Positions 54,393 to 64,000 of a stretch of 64,000 bases of DNA are shown piece after piece. Under the pieces are notes generated by a model. It searched no databases. It had not been told where the DNA came from and saw only the letters and a program-made list of their open reading frames with translations. This DNA comes from Paramecium tetraurelia (taxonomy: Eukaryota): NCBI GenBank assembly GCA_000165425.1, contig CT868676.1:190981-254980 (forward strand), written 5' to 3'. The position numbers and the translations under genes were made by a program. Within the stretch, counting starts at the first letter, position 1. Each line of letters starts with the position of its first letter.

Positions 54393-57300
54393 TCAATGAT
54401 TAATAATTTTCCTTATGTATTGTCTTATTGAAGCAGTTCGATGAATTACTTGTAATGGTATTATTGTTAGGGTTTATCGACTTTTAAGCATGTCACTTAA
54501 TATACGAAATATAAGTGGAATCCAAATAAAAAAGTATATAAAGAAGAGAAATATATTGAAACTAATAAATAGTGCCACTTTCAAGTTTTTACTGTTGTTG
54601 GCATTTTTTTACACAGATTAAATTAATGCCTAATTTATATACTCGTAAGCAGCCTTAATGTACCTTAACTGCATCAATCTCATATTATGAGCCTAATCAG
54701 TATTGGCTAAATTCATCATGTAATTGAGTCTCTTATTTTCAGAAATCTAAAAAGTTAGATCATAATCATTGGATTAATTAAAGGAACTATAGGAATTCAA
54801 GAGTTGTCTAAAATTTTCAAAAAACTTTGCCATTCCAATAGACAGACCTTGTTGCAAGACCCCGTCATTAAAATTTTAACAAGTTTCGTAATCTATTTCA
54901 TGATCAATTTGAACAATGTAATCACAAGGAGTTAAGATAAAAATATTATTAAACACCTATATGATTTTAATTGAACTTTACATCTAAGTATTCCGAATCC
55001 AGAATGTCTGAATTGGTGGAATGAATTTAATGGATGGCTGCATCCAAATTATACAATTCAGAAATCAACCAGTTCAGAACATGCATTGAAGAGTTGCCAA
55101 CAAAAGTATATTACTCTACTTCGAATGATTTTCTGAGGGCATTATCTGAGAATCTGTAATAGCATTCAGCAAAGGAAGTCTAATTAAAAACTGGTATCAA
55201 ATCTATGATGCTGGAAGTTTCAGACTTAAAAATAATTAAGCACAATGTACCTGAACTGAAACAAATTAGTAAGTAAAATAAGCGCTCATAATTAATATGT
55301 TAATAAGCAAAGCTAAAATTAGATGCTTATAATATTGATTGGAGTTTCTAAACTTCTTCTTCTTTTTCCTTCCATTTAGTAAGTGAGCCCCATCATCTTT
55401 TTCTTTATTTTCATTTTCCTCTTCATTCTCATCATTGTCCGAGAAGAACTATAAAATGTAATGATTTAATTTACATCATCATCATCTTCGTCTCCTACTT
55501 GAAGACTTGTGATGAAATTCTCGCATTTAATATAAATGGATTTGATCTTTTTCTAATCTAAATCCAAAAATAGTTGCAAGGCAGCTTAATTGACTACTTC
55601 GATCTTGATTATGAACATCAAATTTGAACATATCCTTATATAATTGGTAAACGTTACAATATAAATAAAACGATGCATGCTGCTGTTAATAGGGCAGTCG
55701 CTGACGTATCTAAGATTTCACCTCTTGATATTATGTTGTATCTATAATATTGAGCCGGAATAATTAAATTTTAAGTTAAAGAATTGAAAACATTGTACTC
55801 TATATAATAAACATCACTATTCTGATCACTGATCTCTTCAAGAGAACTACTATTGATTTACATAGCCTTAGCTATTACAGATTAGACTGCTTCATTAAAA
55901 GTGTAATTTTAAGTCCCTCCTTCTAAAGATGCCATTTTAATATTCTACATATAGTATTGATCATCAAACTCTAAATAATTTTCATTGATCTCAGCTGAAA
56001 CCAAAGTCAATTCCTTCTATACCATCATCAACTATTATAATTCTTTATCAAACCATCCTCTAAATTGCTTTTCAACATTAAGATACCCAGACTGTGGGTC
56101 TTTCAACAAAGGGTATTAGTCATAATTTATAGCTTTCAGATCCTAAACGATTGATTAAATGCTCATTAAAGTACTTGATCTCTGGTTGTTGTATGAGACC
56201 AAAGGTATAGAGTCTATTAGATTTTAGTATTAATCAAGGTTTATGAAATATTCCAAGAAGGCTAGCAACAATAAAACTGTATTCATTATATTTGTGAATA
56301 TTATTAAATTGATTGCAGTTCTAGGCAGTTTCGATTGAGATAACAGTTGATCTAACTGACCTTTTGATCTGTATAAATTTACTGTTTCTTTCTCATTCTT
56401 CTAATCTTGATCGTGGTTTTCATTCTACTCAATCAGACTCTGCATATTCTCATCTTCATATTCCTCTGACTTTGATTCTTCTATTTCAACGATACGATCT
56501 CCAATTAATCTTACAATCTTGATTCCTTCTGCATAATTCTTTTAACTATCACTACCTTAAACCTAAGGATCATTTGTTATTTATTAAGATATTTTTGTTT
56601 GATCCTCCCAAAATATGCTTTAATCCACTTTCACTGTAACATCCTAAGAATCTACTCCACTTGCGCAGTCTAGCACATAGGTTAAAGATTGGCAATTGAA
56701 TTTGAATTAAGTCTAATTTTAAATTGGCTTATTTTGAGCATACAATTAGATTTTCTCTTGTGATTTCAGTTTCTCAAACTTGATAATATACCCTTATAAT
56801 TTGTTTTAAATGATTTCATCTTCTATGCATTGAAATTTAATTTCTTGTAAAAAGCATTAATACTATATTTATTATTTACTTTAGTTTTCAAATACTTCTG
56901 AATGCTCTATATCCAAATCTTATAAGGAATTATGAGATACATCATTCTTTGAAGATCGTGTTCTAAATGTATAACTTACAATCCCTCCTGCCTTTTATAG
57001 CAATTCATCCTTGCGTTCCAATATATCTGGAAAGATATCCAATATGTTGATTGGCTTGATTGTGATCGATTTCAATTCCAATCCAAACATCCTAATGCAA
57101 GTAGAGTTGATATTTTCTATAATTCCGTTGGTTTAGCATAAAAATATACTCATGGGTTTATGGTAGATATCCTATTTGATTGTCCCACACATAAAAACAC
57201 CTGCATTAATGGTTTATATCATTCTTATATGCAACTAACAAGGTATTATGTACCCTTGCTTATTTTTTACATAAATTGATTTTTCTTTAACCTATTAATT

Positions 57301-59439
57301 AGAATAGCTGTCCTAATATTTATCTAGAAAATTCTCAAGAAAATGATCATGGTACTTTGAGAATCTATTGAATAGGGATGTATTATTACAGATCAGGTTA
57401 AATCAAATTCAATTTCCTATTAACTAAATCAGTCTTAGCATATCCAATTAAACTACATGCTGCCTTATTAAGATTGCTAATCGTTCCCATTTTATCAACA
57501 TCAGTCAAAATAGTGATTGTGGCTAGACACTCATTTTGGATTTCTTCCAAATCAATAGCCTTAAACTTATCGTTCTAATTCATCCTACTTAATTGAATCA
57601 ACTTAATCCCAATTTCTTCATCATTTAATACTTGGGAATAGTATTTCCCCATCAAACGATTCAACTTTGAAGCCTTCTGATTCAATCTCTTTAATCTGTT
57701 CCATTATTCTTCAACTTAATTTACTGAATCCAGTATTTTAAATCCCAAAACTTTGATTCTGCCAATATCAGGGATTTCTTCTTGTAATTGAGCCCAGAAG
57801 TCAACATATACAAGAGATGTCTTCTCTATTTGTTGAATCAATTATTTGCTCTGATTTTGAAATGCAATCTCAGTGACTAAATCAACTTAATTCAAATTCT
57901 CCTGTTGCTGTTCTTGCAAATCATCCTCCAGAATTCGCTTATATCGATAGATGATGAATTCATGATCAAAACTTGCACCACTTTATTCCGCCTATTGTAA
58001 TTCAGTCAAGGCCTATTATTTTAATTTTAGTCTATCAATTAAAAAATATGAATAATTTAATCTTAAAAATACATCCTATGGGAACTGTTTAATGCCATCA
58101 TAGTACATTTAACTAATTAATTCTATAAATACAGTATATCTTTCCATATCCTAAAGAGAAACATGCTTATTCTTGTCATTTAGAATCTTTTTAGATTTCA
58201 ACACACAATCATTCCTATAACATGTTTGCTTGTGGATTTCAATAAACCCATCTAACATTAATAACGAATGCTGATCATTCTTATCCAATAAGGATAGCAA
58301 ATATTCGCAGAGAATAATTATCTACTATCCAGATATTGCTCTATTGATATTTGAACCCAATAGATCAACTTCAAAAATTTGTTCATTGATTATAATCAAC
58401 GTAATTAGTGGTACACCACCTACCCATCCCCAAATGACATCTCTAAAGTATTGGCCTTCCAAAAGATAAGCAAATAATAGCATAATAGAGGTCCAAAAAT
58501 TCAAAGCAGTAATTATTGACCATAATTTTTGAATTACCTTATTGTAGAATGGCTTTTCTGTATGGATTTAATAAAATAGAAAAAAGCTTGATAGAATGTA
58601 GATAGTCAGGAATAACGAACTAAATCTCGGTAATTCAAGTAATTGGTATGACATTATGATGATGAAAACATTGATGTGGTAATAAGAATACGGTCTTCCA
58701 GATCTTTATGCATATGCATTCCCGTAAGCATACTTACTCTCAAAGTAAATCAAGCAGGTAGAACTGGTCAGAATCTGAAAGATAAGGATGGCGACGATTG
58801 CAAAAATACCATGGATGTAGTGTTCATTTCCCCAGCATTCTATGTCTGTATTATAGAACCAAATATTCGCTCCTTCACTATTCACTTTACAAGACAGAAG
58901 CTAGAAATGTAGCATATATATTACGTACTCCAAAAAACAATAGCATAATTGGAAGAAACCCTATAGTTAGAAATAGCTTCAACAAGAATTTTAATAGTAA
59001 CAAGGGCAGTACAGGGACCTTAAAAGCGAATGCGAAGACGACAAATAGCACTATTGCTAAAAGCACTAACCCGAAGAAGAGGTAGAATATGGTTAAGTAA
59101 AGCTTAAATTCTTGTCCTATCAAGTGAGAACTTATTATGAAATAGCTTATTATTGTTAAATATTCTTACGAGAAAATACTCCTTAGATTCATTGCTGCTT
59201 TTTCATTGTTCCAAACATACAAAATCTTAGGGCCGAAAGCCAAATAAGTGATCTATAGCAATTGCATTATTGAAAAAAGGATGGCTACATACAGGGATTC
59301 TTCTTCCCATTTCATCATTAAATAAATTACTCTAGATATATATATGTTTATCCATTTACTTGTATATGCTTTACTTTATTTCATTGATTAATCTGATAAT
59401 TTATGAAATATTTACATCAGAAGAAGAACGATTGAACAT
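54393..59439 (-). CDS. Large polytopic PAS-domain protein, TmcB/TmcC (tiny macrocysts)-like
   Basis: N-terminal TM cluster, GFIEIHKQTC, PAS segment ISNLNKAACSLIGYAKTDLVNRKLNLI..KNKQGYIIPC and the C-terminus IWIPLIFRILSDMLKSRQTLTIIP; many tiny introns. Confidence 0.85.
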
Positions 59440-59540
59440 TCTTTTTGATAAAAATTTATCTAAATATATTTTTTTAAGTTTCTGCAATTCTAAAAATAAT
59501 TTTCTTTATCATTATAATTAATAAGTAAATACAAATTTAT

Positions 59541-62500
59541 ATGAGTCATAAACAAGAATTTTCATAAACTCTTTGGGATTAATTCAAATTATCAATATTT
59601 AAGTAAAATCATATCATGTAAGCTTAGTGTCGCTTATTAAATTGTAGGCCAAAACACCCAATCTTTGTAAACCACAATTTTATTATCTCTCATTTAATTT
59701 ATTCAGCTTATATATTTACCCTTTTAAATCTAACTTTAATCGGCTTGGCATAATGTGGCTTTATCAGGGGAAATTCAACAGTTTTTGCAGTATTTTACTA
59801 TAATAAGGATGTTAAACCAGCAAAAAACCTCAACATATTTGGTTGGATTGTACATTGCGATTAGTGTTGTGCTATTAATTGCAGTTATTGTAATTATGGC
59901 CACTATTTTCAAATAACTACTCAATAACCAATTTTTGAGAGTGGTACTAAGCATAGCCTTGAAATTGTTCATGACGGCTGGATTTGTTGAAATTTTGAGA
60001 TTACATTTAGGAGTATATTCATATATATTTATTAATTTTAGTTTTTAGTTTGTAAACGAGATAGCAATGGTTAATTAAAAATGTTGTACACAACAGATTA
60101 AGAATGTTGGACGAGTGGTTACATAATTCATGTCTGCGTAGTAATATTTTCAATAGCAATAATGTTCCTGATTGTAGTAATTGAATCAAAACTCTTTATT
60201 GAGATTAGAAATAATAAAAAGAATGCCTTTTCATAAAGAGAAGGATCTACGTACACATTTATGTTTGTGCATGCATCACTCTCAATGTTACTGTATTGTT
60301 TGTTAGAACAACCAAAATACTCAGTAGTTGTAATTCTAATTTAAGTTCTAACAAGTTTCTTATTCTTTTACAAAATTCGTTTAAAAAGACCTTTCTACAA
60401 CAGACTTGTTTAAAAGCTATGGTCTGCAATTAGTGGTTTAGTTTTTTATACGAATTTTATGCTATTAGCTGCATTTACATTTGAGCATTTAATCTTAATA
60501 GGCACCATAAAGGGTTGGTTGGTGACTTTGCCAATGCTCTTGGTTATTCTCCTGCAAGAACAAAGATAAAATATCAATTTGCTATAAGCTAATTTGATTT
60601 AATAGCTCTCCAGTTAAGAAATAATTTGGCTTTCAGACTTTTTGATTGATTTATGTGAAGATTTTGAAAAGGATCAAAATAAGGAAATTCTAATATTAGG
60701 ATTTTTGGAAGTCCATAAACAAACTTGTTTAAATCCTCAATGTGCAATTAAGACATCATTTGAACTGTCTAAAAAGTTTAAGGATAATAGTAAATATTCA
60801 GATACAAGAATGATTCTAAAAGATATTATTGATTAAACCTACTAACTAGCCCTTCAAATTTACCCTCAAAGTATTGATATCAGACTACATTATGCTTCTT
60901 ACCTATTAGACACTTTGGAATAAGGCTAGAAGGCATTAATTGAGTTGAATAAAGCAGAAGCTTGTTATCCTTCTTTTGGATAGTAATATTTGATATTCAA
61001 GATAAAGAAAACTATTGAGTAAACATATCAAAAATCTTCAATCGCAGCAAAAGAAGTTTACTACATTAAAACAATAGATAGAGGCATCAAATATTAATAT
61101 CAATAAATTAAATAGTTAACTGAAGAATGCACTTATCGTAAAATTTAGTTTTGGAATACATTGTTAGATGAAAATCCAAATTTATCATTACTACAAATTT
61201 TTGGTAATCAAATACTTTAATCGATTCATTTATTAAATAAATAATTATTTAAACTTCTAAGAGGTAATCTTTAAGATGCATAAATTTTTAAATTATTAGA
61301 AAAATTTAACAAATATGTTCACTAATTAGATGCCTTCAAAAGTGTACAAAAAGCAAATAAGAAGATATTAGTTTAACAATAATCTGAACGCTAATTTTTG
61401 AAAAATCAAGATGAATTAAGCTAATATTCTTAACCAGTAATAATTTTGGAATTATTTGGTAAAGCCAATCAACCTACTATAATAAGAAATATCAATTAGG
61501 CCTTCCATTCTTTATTAGGGTATTCTAAGACTGATCTAATTGGCAAACCTATATCACAAATTCTGCAAGATAAGTAATTAATTATAATAACTTAGGTACT
61601 GTAAATTGCACAGTGTCTTTGTTGAAGATTATTTTTCTTCATTAAGATCAGATCAAGTTTATGAAACGTCAGAAAGATCTTAATTTTTGGTAGCTAGAAC
61701 TAATTATATTATTTAGACTTTCAGCACTAACTCAATATATTTGTCTGATAAAGGTATTTTTCAGTTCTGCAGATTGAGATAGGATTAGTGTTTTAGTAAT
61801 TGGGCATACTTAATTTTTAATCTTGATGGAAAAATAGAGAGCATTTCAGCAACTTGCATCTCTATTCTTAATTTAGATTTACGTTAGTTGCAAATTAGAT
61901 AACTTACAATATAAAAACTATTCCCAAATCTTATGGATAATATGGATGATTATCTTAACAAGATGAATGTGATTGTTTTTGAAAATTCTATAACTTCTCT
62001 GACCAAAAGTTCCGATTTTGATGAAAAATAAAATGATTAGATTACTCCTTCGATATATTATGGATAATTATACGAAATATCTGCTAAAAATTACTAGTTT
62101 ACGTAATAGGATTTAAGATAATAGATCTATGGATATTATTTAAAAGTGTAAATAAATGAGCAATTAGCACCCAAGGAAAATTATCTTATCAAAAAGAATA
62201 TTCTTACTCATTAATTTAAATATTCAATTGAATAAAACTCATATATCTGTATCTTATCTTATCATTATTATCATAGTTGAACATTTAGGTTAACAAAATT
62301 CCAATTATGAATCTATCAAAAATGATAGTGAAGTCTAAGATGACCCAAAGGTTTGTGTATTCACTCAGTAAAGTTTTCAAAATAGGAAATAGCCTTCTGT
62401 GACTATTGTAACATAATAAGGATTAGGTCATGATATCAGGACTTTGAGATTGTTTCGGGGAGAAATTAAGGAGATAATTGATCTAGATTAAGATGAAGAA

Positions 62501-64000
62501 GATGATGAATAAATAAGAGAATAAACTTAAAAATTAGAAATCTAAGATTAAAAAGAACAGTCTCAATAAATCAAAATATCTAATCAGCAAGAGCTAATGA
62601 TTCGCCTCTTGAATATCCCTTACTCTCCAATTCTTAAGAAACTCATTTTTATTCTAAATAGTTTAATGATTGTAATGTTTGTTATTGCTATCGTTATGTA
62701 CTCGATATTAAATCAGACTCAAAGTGAATTTTAATCTGCAATCACTCTTTTAACAGCCTCTAATTAAAGATTTGCATCTATACTAAAGATTTAATCAAAT
62801 CTATAGGATTTAAGAGGCTCCTATTTTAATCTTGAACAATATACTATGAAAGCCACTAACGGTAAGTTTGCTGAAATAAATTTTGTTGAGCTTAGCAATG
62901 AATTAAATATTTTATTAGAAAATGATAAGATTTTAACATCAGCCAATATTTTGATAAATGACAAATATTAATCCATTTTAGATATTTTTTAATCTGCCTT
63001 TGTGTAAATGGTTACAATTGACAATTAATATCATAATTTTACTTACCCTTAGGCTATTTAGTAAATGATAGCTAAGGCTATCACATTAAATGGCTCAAGT
63101 TTGTCAAGTTTTGTAGATGAGAATGAAGATTTTCATTATTATCTGCACAATACTCTGAACTCATTGCCAAAGTCTCAATTAGTTTCACAAGCATATTACT
63201 ATTCGAATATTCTAAGTTTAATTGATAATCTTTATTTTGAAGAAATCTCCTTTTTTTCTATTTAGATGAGTTTTTTAACATTGATATTACTGTTTTTTTA
63301 ATTATACCTTTATTTTCATCAAAAAGAGCTTAAAGAGATTATTTCTTTGTATTTAATGATCAGGGAAGATTAAGTTAAAAAGATTGTAAATAAATTTTCA
63401 ACCTTTATATAATTGCTATAAATGAATGAAAATGATGAAGTATTTATTTTTTAATTAAAAGATTGAATCAATTGAAGAAGAGCCTGTAGCTTAAGATGAG
63501 TAAGAGTTCTATTTAGGTTAATCAAATAGAAATAAAAAAAAGAAATCCGTTTTCGAAATTAATAATTATAAAAGAGTACAATTTATCTCTTTGTCATTTT
63601 TGATTCTACTGTATTCTTTTTTTTCTTACTTTTACTTTTCAGCGACTGTAAAATCTTTGATCTATAAATTAGATAATTACTGATTAAACAAACTCATTAG
63701 TACCGTTGGTTAACTTAACATCCTATCTGCCAATACAATATAGGTTGATAGACAATAGTATTAAAGAGTTGCTTTATGACGAAAATGCAGTCTTATTTGA
63801 TGAGCTTAATTCAATAGAGAAATTACAAACTGAATTAGAAGGGGTCAAAAATTTGGATGCTCAACTTCATGCGTTGAATTAAGAAAATGAATAGATTCTA
63901 TCAGATCAATATAAATAGATATTCAATGAAATTTACATTCAAAACCCATGCAATATCATATTGGCTTATGATTCATCAGTAAATTAATCTGCATGTTTGA
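59541..64000 (+). CDS. Large polytopic PAS-domain protein, TmcB/TmcC-like (3'-partial)
   Basis: N-terminal TM cluster, GFLEVHKQTCLNPQC, PAS segment IRNINQAFHSLLGYSKTDLIGKPISQIL and GHDIRTLRL; runs off the window. Confidence 0.85.

Noticed and set aside
54400..55320. Apparent broken plus-strand gene after the tRNA
   Set aside because: Explained as the antisense of the 3' exons of the minus-strand TmcB/C-like gene.

Overview
Very AT-rich, gene-dense ciliate macronuclear DNA, most likely Paramecium: TAA/TAG read as Gln, TGA is the only stop, introns are 20-30 nt GT..AG, and an epiplasmin gene is present. The supplied standard-code ORF track therefore fragments almost every gene, so genes were re-read by eye in translation table 6. 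About 33 protein genes and one tRNA-Trp(CCA) are supported, including SET/LSMT-like, RCD1/CNOT9, 3R-Myb, RSP3, DUS1, TBC, PDE6D, DHHC, AKTIP-like, syntaxin, MFS, NEK, DUSP, Kelch, epiplasmin, two RING ligases, a sarcosine oxidase-like enzyme, aldolase and two TmcB/C-like PAS membrane proteins. Several decayed coding remnants lie between them. The most striking structure is an inverted pair of ~3.25 kb pentapeptide-WD40 loci 28 kb apart. They are almost identical in the promoter and N-terminal region but differ mainly by amino-acid changes at the same few positions of every WD40 repeat, the pattern known from fungal HET-E/HNWD non-self-recognition receptors. Other leads are a PHTF-like (odorant/gustatory receptor fold) membrane protein, an apparent +1 frameshift in RSP3, a 16-bp divergent spacer and a tRNA-Trp with a U27:G43 anticodon-stem pair. 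All coordinates and family calls are from manual reading and motif recall, not database searches.
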